Shown: positions 38,915 through 52,904 of the stretch, piece after piece | Numbering within the stretch: the first letter of the stretch is position 1 | Layout: every line of letters begins with the position of its first letter | The notes under the pieces: model-generated | Databases searched by the model: none | Seen by the model: the letters and a program-made list of their open reading frames with translations, nothing else | Told to the model about the DNA's origin: nothing | Assembly: GCF_004010195.1 (NCBI RefSeq) | Contig: NC_057719.1 | Coordinates: 52,844,745-52,908,744 of the forward strand | DNA length: 64,000 nucleotides | Direction: 5' to 3' | From: Chiloscyllium plagiosum | Lineage: Eukaryota | Position numbers and translations under genes: made by a program

Positions 38915-39400
38915 CACTGTGACAGCTCCACAGCTGGCTGAGGAAGAAAATGATCCAGGCTTCTGGCACTTGGAGAATGACCATAGCCTGGCACCTGCTC
39001 ACCCCAGACAGGAGAGGACTCTGATGTCAGCGGCGGGTCCACATGCACAGGGAGGAACAGGAGCAGCTGACAAGGATGTGGGAGGTTAATGGCCCTCATT
39101 GCCGAGAAGCAGCAGCAGTGCAGTGGATCACGTGACCACCTGACTGTGCCTGTGGACAGGTTGATGGCTGCCATGAAGAGCCAGGTTCAGCACCCTCAGA
39201 CTGCTGGAGAAGAGCATACACTTGCACTCCAACACCAAGCTCATTGGGCCTGGAGTGCACTCCATGTGCCCCTTCCTCAGATGGAGACAAGGCAATGCTT
39301 GAAGGCATCCATCTGGAGAAGGAAATATACACTGGGTCTTCATAACCTACCACTCAGGACACTCCAGAGCCTTAGCACTTTGGAGCCATCCAGGAACAAA
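38915..39400 (+). mobile_element. Probable Harbinger accessory-ORF remnant
   Basis: GC-rich decayed coding-like sequence (VPVDRLMAAMKSQVQH) resembling 61200-61720; recognised by eye only. Confidence 0.3.
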
Positions 39401-40894
39401 GAATATGAGTTCTGTTGACAACTCGCTGCTGCCTGGAGAGAAACACTAGGAGTCAATCAGTTCCTTGCCCTATTCATATACATCTCAAATTTTCTGTAGG
39501 TGGTGCTGCACCAAAGTAGTTTTCTTCTCTCAGTAAGTTTGACTGCAAAAACCCAGCAGGAAGTTTGTGGGCAAGCATATGTGTGATGAGTGACTGGCAC
39601 AGATGAGCTGACAAAATTGGCAAACCCAGGCTATTCAATTCAAACCTTCAGATATATTTCAGATAAAAGCATTTGCATTCATGTTTAGAAAATGTTTTGA
39701 AGATGATCCTGTTGCAAAATCTGTAAATCCTGCTGCTAGTGCTTTCAGAATCTTGTTAGCATGTAATCTCATTACGCTTCTTAAACTAAGTATACTTGTA
39801 AAACACCATGATGCCTTATTTATTAAACTAGGAGAAAATAATTTAAATTGGATTTGATGTTTCGGTGCTTGCTGCTGTCATTTGCTATTGAAAGTATGCA
39901 AAGTTTGCATCAGCCCATGGTTTCAAATAGCATGAACTTTACAGTGTTATCAATTTAAAATAAAATCTGAACTTTGGTCTCAAGTGGTGGCAAATACATG
40001 TTGTATTATGCGACAGTAATCAATGGAGCTAACTGTATAACTGCATCCCTAATCATAGTGTATGGCACCAACTTACAAAATGGTATATACTAAATGTGCC
40101 TTAATGCAAAATGGTATTAAGCATTTTTAAGATGAAGTACTTTAAGAAAACAAAGCATACTCCCTTGGCCCTCTTCCAACTTGTCCATTAAAGTGAGTTT
40201 TGCATCTATTCCTCCGCCTTCAGCAAATCATTAAAAGAGAGAGTAGGAGCTACAATCAATTTTGAGTTAGAGTATAAATATATACTAAATATGCCTTAAT
40301 ACATAATATTTAGATATGCAGTACCAGCATTAATGGACCTAGCTGCATTATGGCTCTCAAGATAGAACAGGATTGATGCATATTAATACGCATACCTAGT
40401 TTATTTTAGGCCAACTTGTGTGCTCCGAATGAGCAAATTTATTTCTGTTTGTCTTCGAACCCAAAATGCATTCAAGTGACTGTATGTAGTTGAAGTGGTG
40501 TGCAAGTGATATGCTATACATGTGGAATTACGTCAACAGGAAGAACTGGCATATGCTCAGCATGGAGGAATGAAAGTCATTCTGAGGAATGAGCTGTCAA
40601 CTTAACATCACTGAAAAGCAATAGAAACCCTTAGGTATCTTCTCTAAGTGAGTAAAAATCTCAGCGTGTATACCTCTGAACTGGAATGTGCTTAAAGTGC
40701 TGAGGCACTGAGTAGTGTGAACATAATCATTGTTAAGGGAGTTCAGTCTATTGCTTTAGGAGGTGTAGAGTATCTAGAACAAAAAGATCACTAAGTTGTT
40801 GCATTGTTTGCTATTTTTCACAGGTGGCTTGACAATACAATCATCAATAAACAAAGTGTAAATCTTGCATTTCCATAACACTTTAAAATACAGG

Positions 40895-41365
40895 TTGTAA
40901 ATTTGCTCGCTGAGCTGGTAGGTTTTTTCTCAGACGTTTCGTCACCATGCTAGGGGACATCAGTGAGCCTTCATTTAAGTGCTGGTGTTCTGTCCTGCTT
41001 TCTATTTGTGTTTCTTTGTCTGTTATGGTGGGTGATATAATTTCCAGTTCTTTTTCTGAGAGGTTAATAATGGGGTCCAGATTGATATGTTTATTTGTGG
41101 AGTTCCAGTTTGAATGCCAGGCTTCCAGGAATTCCCGTGCATGCCTCTGTATAGCCTGTCCTTGGTGGGACGTGTTGTCCCAGTTGAAGTGGTGCCCTTC
41201 TTCGTCTGTGTGTAAGGATATTAGTGATAGTGGGTCATGTTGTTTGGTGGCTAGTTAGTGTTTGTGTATCCTGGTGGGTCGTTTCCTCCCGGTCTGTCTG
41301 ATGTACTGTTTGTTGCAGTCCTTGCAGGTTATTTTGTAAATGACATTCATTTTTCTGGCTGTTGG
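40895..41365 (-). mobile_element. Penelope-like element (Poseidon-like) GIY-YIG endonuclease + pLTR
   Basis: NVIYKITCKDCNKQYIRQTGRK...HAREFLEAWHSNWNSTNKHINLDP; pLTR with deleted hammerhead 40930-40966. Confidence 0.88.
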
Positions 41366-42129
41366 CACAGGGTCTGCCTGACAGAATTGGCAAAGAGCTG
41401 CTGTTCCAAACAGAAACTCCTTTCTGACAGTGCTGCTGACAGTGAGGTTGGTGAGGCTGGAGGGATCAGGGCAGCCAAGGCTGGGGGTCAGATTATGGGG
41501 GGGGGGCCTGGAGCAAGGAAGGAACACAGATTGTAAAAGTGGCTGGAGGCCTTGGGGTGTGGGGCCAGGGAGAATCCTGGAGACCAGGACATGAAAGTGG
41601 GTCCTGGGAGCCTCTTGAGCTCGAGGCCTCAGAGTCTGGGAAGGTGGTGTTTGACATTGTAAAGGGGAGAGAGGGGATGCATAGAGAAGAAAGGGACTGC
41701 AAACTGGGCAATAAATGAAGTAGACTCTCTTTAAAGAAGAAAGAGTCTTTAAAGACTAGTGAGCACATTTAAAACCTTTCAACAAAGGAATATTTAGCTA
41801 ACTGGAAACCAGAAGAGCAATGTCACTAAGGAAATAAATTTCTTGCAAATGGATGTAGAGTCCCTAGCTTAAGATTGAAGGAGTTCAGAAGACACTATAT
41901 TGGGGGGAAAAAAGGTAATGGATACTATTGCAATGACCACTGCATGAATTGGATAACTTAACAGTCTTATTTCATAAGAATTTACACTTTATGCGTCAGC
42001 ACCTCTCAAAATGATTCACTCGTTTTAAATCAGTTATGGTGCAGTGACATTGTTAGAGACAAACATAACAGTTTAGTTATGAACTCATCAATTCACAGAA
42101 AGTGTACTTAATATCATAACTCTTTGTCA

Positions 42130-43205
42130 CTAGAGTCATAGACTCAAGCATCATAGAATCAGGCCCTTTGGCCCACTATGTCCATGCTGACCAATAAACA
42201 TCTACATTAATCTCATTTACCAGCACCTGGTCCATAGCCTACTCCACCCTAACATTTTAAGTGCTTAGCCTGATGCTTCCTAAGCGTTGTGAGAGTACCT
42301 GCCTCCACCATCATGCTCATATTTCTACCATTGTCTGGGCAAAAACATTCTTTCTCAGATCTCCTCTAAATCATTTACTCCTTACCTTATATTTATGCCT
42401 TCTGGCCTTAGACATGTCTGTCATTCTCACGATCTACTCTGTCTGTACTCTCATAATTTTGTATACCTTAATCAGATTTCCCCTCAGCATCCTCTGTTTC
42501 AAGGAAAATAAACTCAGCTTATCCATCTCTCCTCATAACTAAGAGTTTCTATCCCAGACAACATTCTGGTAAATCTCCTCTGCATCCTCCCTCAAGTGCA
42601 ATTACATCCTTCTAATTGTGTGGCGACCAGAACTGCATACAATATTCCATCAGTGGCCTAACCAATGTTTTTTGAGGTTGTAACTCGACTTCCCTGCTCC
42701 TATACTCTATATCCCAGCTAATGAAGGCAAGCATCCCATATGTCTTCTTCACCATCCAGTCTACCTGTGCTGACACTTTCAGGGATCTATGGACTTTCAT
42801 GTCATCTGCAACTTACCAATTATACCTTCTACATTCACTTCCATGTCGTTAATGAACATAACAGACAGCAAGGGTATGAACACTGATCCCTGTGGCACCA
42901 TACTCTCCACATGTTTCCAATGACAAAAAAAAACTCTCCACCCATTGGAGTACAGTTTTGGATCCAGTTTGTCAGCTTGCCTTGGATCCCATGGGCTGTT
43001 ACTTTTTGGGCCAGCTTTCCATGTGGGATCTTGTCAAAGATCTTACTGAAGTCCATGCAAGCCACATCAGATGCATTACACTAAACAATACATTTAGTCG
43101 CCTTTTCAAAAACTCAATTAAATTAGTCAGACAGGAACTCCCGTTAACAAATCCATGCTGACTATCCCTGACCAATTCCTGCCTTTCCAGTCATTGACTA
43201 ATACT
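42130..43205 (-). mobile_element. Decayed CR1 LINE RT/3' portion
   Basis: QHGFVNGSSCLTNLIEF, MDFSKIFDKIPHG, LVRPLMEYCMQFWSPH. Confidence 0.88.
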
Positions 43206-46117
43206 GTTTGTCTGAAGTGTGTCAATTATTTTCGTTAAAAGAAACTTCTGCTACTAACATTTGACTATTTTCTTGTGTCAACTTAAGGATGGTAATGTCT
43301 AGGAAAGTAACATTTTCCTTGTTTGTTATGTCTTCGATTTTAATGGAGCATTGATGATTGAGGATATTTGATCCTTTCTTTTCCAATCCTGCTTCTGTGC
43401 AAGCCCAAATGAGAGTCCAAAGTGCATCACCCGATAAAGGAGACATTAAAACTGAAAAAGGACCCCCAACGATTAAAAAGCAGTTCTCAAGAAAATCTTA
43501 AGAAAAGTGCTTGAAAAATGAAGATTTCTGATGACAATTACCTGATAATGTATTGTAGTGGTGTTGTTTGAGTGATAAGTGCTGGTCAGGACATGTGAGA
43601 GCTGTTGCCAGGTTATAGTTTGAGACATTTCTTCCAAAGTCTAACACTCCTTCAGGATTGCAGTGGTACATCAGCACAGAGATTTATGCTGCGCTGTGAA
43701 AGTGAATCCACAACCTCTGATTCAGAGGCCATATTTGATACATCACTACAGATGATATCATTACAATGACACAAAACCAGGAACACCTTCCCATTCTCCT
43801 GGGAAACATCAGTTCCATTAGATGCAATCACTTTAGTGACCTCCACTGCAGTATCTTTGAAAGAAACATAGGTTTTGACCTGTACCTCTTAATATTTCAC
43901 TGTTTCTATTGAAGGCAACATTTTTCTTTAAAGAATCAAAATATACATAGAATAATAAAATATTTTGAACTATATTCTTTCGCTGACTTCAGTTTTATGT
44001 CCAATGTGAATAGAAAATTCTGCACCCATAAAACATTTGAGAGAATGTATCAGCTGACTTGGTCATTAAATGTCAGATTAGACACTTCCAATCTTGCGCC
44101 AATCACTTCATTCATTTGGATCCCCTAAAGCACACTCTCAGTTAATTCAGTTGTGTTTTCTTGGCAGCCTTACCTGCTGAGTACCTACATTTCTTTTGAG
44201 TTTCTAAACACCAGAAGACTTGTTTTTCAACAAGTCACTCCCGATTTACTTGATTTTTTTTCCCCTTTCTTGTCAAGATATTGCTGTAACCTCAGTAGGG
44301 ATACAACAGTATAGATAGCAGCAGGCTCTTTTCCTTGTTAAAAGGTTTATTAATCATATTATTAAAGTTAAGTATCTTGAGGTGGAGGGTGTGATTGTGA
44401 AGTATTGTGAGCAGTTTTGTTTTATGCATATCAAAAAGAGGAATTTCTGGGATATCAGAAGACAATAAAATTGGAGTCTGATTTCCTACTTCACCACCTG
44501 ACATCAGTGTGAATTAACATATCTGTTTTGACAAATCTAGGCCAAGGTAGCACAGCAATAAGACTAAAGATAAAAGAAGAGAGCAGTGCTGTGCCAGGGT
44601 TTCAGAACTCTGAAGCCACCTTGTGATAAAGTCACAGAGATATGCATCACTGGGCATAAATAGCAGCACAGAGACAGAATTAGACTAGAATCAAATCGTA
44701 CTGAAGCAACTTTGATTCCTCCACCAGTCAGGAGATTAATGGTAATCAGTCAAGGAGCTGCACAGGTATCAGTCAGGCGACTGGTCAGTCATCAGTCAGG
44801 AATATCCTTCTAAGTTGGTTGGATGGGTGGACATGATTAGTCCATTTGCCTACTAAAAATTGAAGGATTTATCAGGGCAGTCCTCTGGTAGAGGTGCTAG
44901 GGAAATCAGCAATGGGGATTGGAGACAACATGCAGAGGAGGTCTGAATTCTGATGGGCAGCTGATTAACATGCGAGGGTTTGAGGCAATACAAGATGGGA
45001 GGCAATACAAGATGGGAGGGCAAAGGATACTATGAGATGGGAGGGGTGTCACTGAAGGTCACATCAGCCTGCTTCAATAGTGAGACTGTGCATATCTCAG
45101 TTTGGCAGAACAAACCTGTGTGTCTCGGACCCAGGGGTGAAGTGGTGCATTGAGCAGTTAAATAAATGGGTTGGGTGGAATATGAGGACAATCAAATGTC
45201 CATGAGGCTGATCAGGAAGACAAGGCTGAAAGGAACAGGAAGCCTTGGGAGGTCACCTAGACTGAAAGGCTGAATCAGTAACTGACTCTGAAGTGTTGCC
45301 TGTGTTGCTTCCCATCCTCCTTCAAATCAAGTACATAATTGAAATTAAAACTAATTAATCTAGAGTGGGCAGATTAAGTGTTTTTGTTCCCCTGAGGGAC
45401 CAGGCTGTATTTTTGTGAAATGTGAGGCCCTTCAAGGAGCATTAGACATTCTCTCAGTACAGGTTAAAAAAAACTGTTATCTCATAATTTTGTATACAGC
45501 ATAGGCATTGACTGACTGTGTCAAATAAAAGTCCTGGCCTCAAGCAATCTTGACCATATCATTCAACATTACAACCTAATCTTAGTGATTACTGTTCATC
45601 ATAAGTAACATCAGATGAGCTGGATAATTTCACTAAATCACCTTCCATGATTCCATTGCTTACACAAGGTGCAGGAGCTGCTCAGTTCACATGTTGGATT
45701 GTCAAATGTTCACATATTATACTATATGTAAAGCTGCTCCTCTTAGATAACGCAGAGTTTATACAGCAGCATTACACAAATGACATTTACTGATGGCACC
45801 ACCCTGTCTTCTTGTGAGGAAGTGGCAATGAAGTCAAAGTTCCTCATTCCCCTTGTTGCTTTGTCTATGTTACTGAGCAGGTGAGTGCCTAGTCTCCTGA
45901 GGGTTGGCTGTTAGTGCCCGTGCAATTGGGGAAGTTGGCGTGGTGTCCTGATTGAATGAGTAGGAAGTGCAGAAGGCAGGAAGAGTTAGTAGTTTGGAGG
46001 AATGGGTTAGATGAACGTCATTGAGGGAATAATGAGAGGGGTAGACCAAGTCCTTTGGCAGTTGCAGAGTTAAAAAGAATGGGAAATAAAAGAGAGAGAG
46101 GAGATGGTGACATTTAC

Positions 46118-46245
46118 CTTCGCTGAGGGCAGAAGATTAATAATCTTCTTTGGATGTTCCTTCAGACCATGGAGACCACACTAACCTGGGTAGTAACTTA
46201 AGACTGGCTGGCACAGTGGCATGGCATCTTTTTACCAGCCTTGTC
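46118..46245 (-). mobile_element. Harbinger-type Myb/SANT-like domain remnant ending at a splice donor
   Basis: VTTQVSVVSMV*RNI../KKIINLLPSAK|gtaaat resembles the Myb/SANT-like pattern EVA..VSA.....R...QC.KK.NDL...AK. Confidence 0.45.
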
Positions 46246-46399
46246 AATCGGGATGTTATCAGGAAATCAAGATACCAACTTGTTTTTGCTCACACAGCAA
46301 CTTTGAAAGCCTATTACTGGTTCAGCTGACGTTTGGTAAACTTAAGTCCATTATTAACATTAAAATGCATTCCCCTAATGCTCAAAAGCCCAGTAAGGA

Positions 46400-49300
46400 A
46401 AGAATTTCAATTAACCAAAGAAATGAAGGGTTATATTCAGTCAAATGTACAGATTTATAAAGTTGCCAAAAAAAAAAGTTCTAAGTTTGAGGATTCAGCA
46501 AGAGAGCAACAAGGAGATGGTTGAAAAAGGAAAAGTGAAATGTGAAGGCAAAATAGTGAGAAGCATAAAAAGTGACAGTTAATGCTTCTATTGGTAAGTA
46601 AGAAAGAATGGATTAACAGAACAAAAGTGGGTCAACTACAAGCAGAATCAGGAGAATTTATGTTGTTAACGAATAATGCAATGGCTGAGAAATTAATCAA
46701 ATATTTTGAGTCTGTCTTCACAGAAAAAGTGCTAAACATCTCCTAGATTATTCATTATTTCTAAGGATTAGTGGAAATAAGGATCTACAAGATATTAATA
46801 CTAGTAATAAATTAGTATGAAAAAAGACATTAATGAGACTTAAAGTAGATAAACTTCTGGACCTGACTATTTGTATCTCAGAACAATGAAAGAGGTAGTT
46901 CAAGAGATAATAAGTGCATTGGTTGTCATTTTTTTCAAAATTCTACAAACACTAGAATGGTTTTTAAGAGACGAGAAGGTGAGAGAGAAAAACCTACAGA
47001 CCAGTTAGTCAAATGGTCACCAGCGAAAAGAAATGCCAGAATTTTAATACTGGAGGTGATAGAAGAACAATCTAGAAAGTAATGGCACGATCGGGAAGGA
47101 TCAGTATGGATTTATTAAAGAAAATCACGTTGAAAATCCTGTTAAAATGTCTTGTGGATATGACTAGCAGTATTGTTAAGGGGAATCTGGCAAACATGAG
47201 GTATTTAGAGTTTCAGAAGGCTTTTGAGAAGGTTCCACACAAGAAGTCAGTAAACAAATTTGAACAGATGGGATAGGGAGAAATATACTTGCATGGTTTA
47301 AGAACTGGCTAATGGACAGAAGGCAGAGAGTAGTAATAAATGGGTCATTGCTAGGTTGGTTAGTTGTGACCAATGGTGTACTAGCTATATCGATGATTTG
47401 TATGGGGATGATTAAATGTCATTGTCACAAGTTGCCAACTAATGCAAAACAATGTGCAATTGTCATTTGTGAGGAGGATGCAAAGAGGGTTCAAGGAAAT
47501 TTGGAGCAGCTACGGGAGTGGGCAAGAAGTTGGCAGGTGGAATACCGTGTAGTGGAAATGTAAGAATATCCACTAAGAAAACAAATATAGAGTGTGTTTT
47601 TAAAAATTGTGACGGGCTGGGAAATGTTAAATTTAAAAGGGATCTGTGTGTCCTTGTTCATGAATTATTGAAAGTTAACATGCAGGCACACAGCAAGCAG
47701 TTGAGCAACTATATGCTACATTTGGGTTTTTTTTAGCCTTTATTACAAGACAATTGTGTGAAGATTTGTCTCCTCACTAGAGAGGCGGGGGGGATGAGCT
47801 CAGGAGAGGTCAGTACAGTTTCACAGTCAAATAGTATGACAGACAGTAAAGAAACAGTCAGGAATCCAATTTCAGGCACAGCAGGTAATGGCAAATCTAC
47901 AAGTATATATTGATTAAACCAAAAGAGAGAAATAATAAACAGGTGAATAAAGGATCAATGCTGAGGGACAGGTTACAGTGTATGGTCCAAATAAGAGTTC
48001 CAAGTCTGAATGCACAGAATGTAAGGAATAAATTAATGAGCTGCAGGCAGAAATTCAAATTGGAGATTATGATATAGTAGCCATTACTTAGACATTGCTG
48101 CAGGATAGTCTGGGTTGGAAAATAAATATACTAGGTTATAAGGTTCACTAGACAGACAGTGAAAATGACAAAAGAGGTGGAATAGCCTTACTGAATTACT
48201 TCAACCATGAAGGAAGATACAATGACGGGAAAACATTCAGTGCAGACTGTATGGGTAAAGGATCTAAAACAGTAATAGGTGTGTGTAGATCTCCAGTAGC
48301 AACTCTAGATTGTATGAATACAGAAATTAGGATTTTGCTTTTTAGCAAAGCTAGTATATTATTAATGGAGGATTTTAACTTTAACATAGATTGGGAGAGT
48401 CAGACAAGCACCTGTCAGGAAGTTAATGATTTCTTTTGGAGTGTGTCCGGAATAATTTCCTGAATAAATATGCTTTGAATGCAACAAAGGGACAAGCAAT
48501 ATTGGATTTAGTAATGAACCAGATTTAATTAGTAAGCTAATTGTTTGTGAACATTTATTAAATAGTGATCATAACATGATTGATTTCAATTTAGCAGTTG
48601 AAAGCAAATAACATGAATTAGCTATTAATGTTTTAGATTTAGGCAAGGCAGATTTTAGTGAGATGAGACAGAGACAGGCCATAGTATGCCAGGAAAATCT
48701 GTTAAATAGATAAAACAACTGAAGAATAGTAGAGGATGGTTAAGGAAATATTTAGCACAATACAAAAAACAGTCTATCCCCCCAGAGTGGAAAGCTCTAC
48801 TTCACAGAAAATAAGAAGCCACAGACAATTAAAGAGAAGTGGAACAATGGAAAGCTAAAAGAAAGAACTCACTAAAATGCAAATAAAAGTACAGATTCTG
48901 CTGAATGGGAAAGATAAAACACCAGCAAATGGCCACAACGCAATTTGAAGAGCTACTAACAGGGATTATGAAATGACATCAAAATCAACAAGAAGAAATG
49001 TTACAGTTATCTAAAAGGAAAGCGGGTGGTCAGTAACAATATTAGCCCACAAAAGACTAATGGAAAATGACAGACATGTGGAATAATTATTTTGTTCAGT
49101 ACTTATAGTAGAGAACAAGCATAGCTTACCAGAGATCGAGGAAATTAATAGTGGATCAGGAACGGAGACTGAATAAAATTAATGGAAGTAAAACATCAGT
49201 GTTGAGGAAATTAATGGAATTAAAGAGTAACAAACCCTAGGGGCCTGACAGTTTAGCCTCACATTTGTGGTGGGGAATCTGTTGGAATATTACATTAAGG

Positions 49301-51080
49301 AAATTTTCAGTTAATCAGGAACAGCCAATTGGATTCATGATCAATAGGTCATGCCTGACAAACCCCATTGAACTTTTTGAAGACATGACTAATATTGTGG
49401 ACAGTGGAATGTCTATGAATGTTGTTTATATGGACTTTCATGAGGCTTCTGATAAAGTCCCACATAAGAGACTTTTAACTAAGGTGGCACCCCACAAAAG
49501 CAAGGGTCAATTACTGACATGGCTTGGAAGTTGGCCAGATGGCAGACAAGAGAGGTACGGATAATGGGTGAGTACTCAAATTGGCGGAATGTGACTTGTG
49601 GTGTCCCACAAGGATCTGTGTTAAGGTCTCAAAGTATTCACATTATTTATTAACAACTTTGGTAGTGAAATTGAAAGTCATAAACAAAATTTGCTGATGA
49701 CACAAAGTTAGGTGGCATTGTAAACAGTGTAGTTGATATTATGAGATTACAAAGGGATATTTATAGTTTAAGTGAATGTGTAAAACTGTAGCTGATCTGG
49801 TTCAATGTAAGTAAGTGTGACATTACCCATTTTGGATAAAAAAAGAATAGATTACAGTACTTTCTACATGGTAGGAAGTTAAATATAATAAATGTCCAGA
49901 GAGACTTGAAGGTTCAGGTGCACAGTTCTTTAAAGTGTCATGAGCAATTGCAGAAAATAATCAAGAATGATAACAGAATGCTGCCCTTAATATCTAGAGG
50001 ACTAGAGAATAAGGATGGAAACATTGTGCTGCAGTTATAGAAAATACTGGTTAGACACCATTGGAGAACAGATCTGGGTACCACAGCTAAAGGAAGATAT
50101 ATTAGCCTCGGGGAGAATAAAATGTACACTTATAAGAGTGATTCCTGGACTTCAGGGGTTAAGCTATTAGGATAGATAATGCAAATTAAGCCTATTTTAT
50201 AGAGAATTTAAAATTTAGAAGATTAAGGGCCATTCTGACTGAAGTCTTCACGATATTGACAGGAAAACATAGGGTAGATATTCTAGAACTAGGGAGCATG
50301 GTCTAAGAATAAGGGCCGGATCATTCCAGAGAGACATGAGGAAATTAGGGCCAAAACATTCAAGAGTGACGTTACGAACCATTTCCATATACAAAAGGGT
50401 GACAGAGATTTGGAACTCTCCCACAAACAGCAGTAGATACTGGATCAGCAGTTTAGTTTAGATCGGAGATAGATAATTTTTTAAAAAATTGAACAAAGGG
50501 ATTAAGCAATACAGGTCAATCTCAGGTAAATGGAATTGGGCCACACATGATTGAATAGTGAAAAAAGCTTGAGGGACTGAATGGCCTATGCCTGTTCCTA
50601 TGTTCATAGCTGACAAAAATGCAGGAGAATATCGTCTCAGGACAGGTTAAGTAGACCAGATATATATTCTCTGGTGTTTAGTAAAACGGGTGTGATCTCA
50701 TTGAAACATAAATAGTTCTCACAGCGTCAACAAGATAGATAAAGGAAAGAAATTTCTCCTGGGTGAGGTTATGGGGGGGCATGTTCCTAAAGCAATGCAC
50801 AAAGTCTAAGAATAGGTGGCAAGCCACTTTTGGCTAAAGACACGGAGGATATTTCTCACTCAAGCAATGGTGCATCTTTGAAATTATCTGCCCCAGGGGG
50901 CTGTGGAGGATTCACCAACAAGTAATGTTGAAAACTGAGACTGATAGGTTTCAACATTAAAAGCATCAAGGGATATGGAGATAGAGCAGAAAAATGAGTT
51001 TAACTGGGGGAACAGCCATGACCTAATTTAGCGCCTGAGCAGGTTTGAAGGGCTGAATGGCCAACATCTGCTCCAATGTT
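46400..51080 (+). mobile_element. Old CR1 LINE (46400-47755 and 50610-51080) interrupted by a second CR1
   Basis: RT remnants YLEFQKAFEKVPHK, RQRVVING; C-terminal part resumes after 50610 (...gggctgaatggcc tail). Confidence 0.7.
47760..50605 (+). mobile_element. Old near-complete CR1 ORF2 (APE + RT), decayed
   Basis: LNAQNVRNKINEL, MEDFNF, SDHNMI, RSCLTNPIELF, MDFHEASDKVPH, VPQGSVL, KFADDTKLGG; tail cctgttcctatgttc. Confidence 0.85.
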
Positions 51081-51462
51081 TGATTCTTGTTTTATTATGT
51101 GAAACTGGAGTAAACCTCAAAAAGGTGGCCATGTCATCAGATCAAATGAATAACCATTGTGAGTTCCTGCTAATTGTGCATGTTTGCAGGCATTCAAGGG
51201 CTACCTCAAAGTTGAGGCAGTATTTGGCTGCAAAGACGTAAATACTTGTTTTTTATTTTAGAGCATTAAAATGGCCACTGTGCACTGAAACTAGTAAATT
51301 GTTCCGAATAGTTTATATAAACCTTATTGGTTACTTAAAATGGAGTTAAATACAATAGTGTATTAAATATTCGTACTTATGTCAATAAATAATTGCATAA
51401 GCGGAGATACATCAGGAAATACTTGTTCAATGTAAAAGCAGGAAAACAAAACTTCGTAAAAT

Positions 51463-51775
51463 AGGGCAGCATGATAGTTCAGTGGTTAACATGGCTACCT
51501 CAGTGCCAGGGAACCAGATTTGATTCCAGCCTTGAGTAACTGTGTGGGGTTTGCACAATTTCCATCTATTTGTGGGCTTCCCTCGGGTGCTCTGGTTTTC
51601 TCCCACAGTCTAAAAATGTGCAGGTTAGATGGATTGGCCATGCTAAATTGCCCCATAGTATCAAGAGGTACAGGCTAGGGAAATTAACCTTGGCAAACAC
51701 AGGGATAATGTGGGAGGATTGGTGTAGAATCGATAGTCCAAATGGCTTCTTACTGCACTGTTGGGGTTCTAAAAT
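51463..51775 (+). mobile_element. Diverged tRNA-derived V-SINE
   Basis: gggcagcatgatagttcagtggttaac; cctcgggtgctctggttttctcccacagtc; ggattggccatgctaaattgcccc. Confidence 0.8.
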
Positions 51776-52904
51776 GCTACACAATTGCATTGATTCATAG
51801 ATGAATTTACATTTGTGATTTTGCAAAAGAGTTTAAGTGAACTTTAATTCAGAAAATTAATGTAATGTAATTTTGAACACAATTTGTAATCAAATTGTCA
51901 ATTGCTTTCAAATGGAAACCATAACCTGTGGTGACTGCATTAAATTCAGCAGTAGCAATGAAGTTCAATCTTAAAGTTAGCTAACTGTTAAACTAATGAA
52001 TTATTTTCTTTTACCTTGAGTATATATGCCACTGCTCCCTTCCAAGGCTCATATTTGCATAATAGTCGCTTGTCAAAGATAAATCACACTTGGGGAACTG
52101 TATTCAGCAAAGATGCAAGATTTTACAGAATGAGGGGAGAAAATTGTGAGCATATAGCAAAATACATAACAATAACATCAAAAGGTAAAGATTCAGATTT
52201 CACGATGCACAATTCAAGAGAAAGTGATAATCTAAAGAAATTACAGCTGCTCCCACAGTCTTCTGACTGATATTTTTATCTGTGTTCATTCATTGACTGA
52301 TTGCCATACCTCAGTGATTTCCTTCCTCCCACATAGCAGTTTGTATCACATTTGTTACTGTGGGCAGATTGTCTCCTTTCCTCCTACCTACCTAATTGCA
52401 CTACACCTACCTAAAGTCAGCTGTCAATATCAAAACGCACCAGCTATACATGTGGAAAATCAGAAATAAGCTAATTGTTGTGACAAATCCAGATCCAAAT
52501 TAGTGAACCATGTATAATGCTCCTGTCAATATTTTAGTTCTTGATATTTTATTGTCTATATTTTGTTTTCTCTCGAGTGTAAAGGCATGGACTGTGAAAT
52601 TGGAGACAGCTTGGACATGCGGCACAGGATACAGGATTACCCCCTGCCAGTAGCTTTGGATGCTGACAGCATGCTAACGTTGTGCTGCTGCTGCTAATTG
52701 AAATGATTGCAGCATACAGTGAACGTGAAACACATCGTTGAGTAGCTACAGACCTGAGCAGGGAATGCAAAATGTGAAAATTATTAAGATAGCTTGGATT
52801 ATATAAAGGGAGTTGCATAGTGGCTGCAGGAAATGATTCCACATCTAATTCTGACCTAGAAAACATAGAAGGACGATAGAACATGACAGGAAATGATCCA
52901 GGCT

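Noticed and set aside
44982..45015. 17-bp tandem duplication (and an 11-bp one near 60651-60672)
   Set aside because: Ordinary slippage-type micro-duplications
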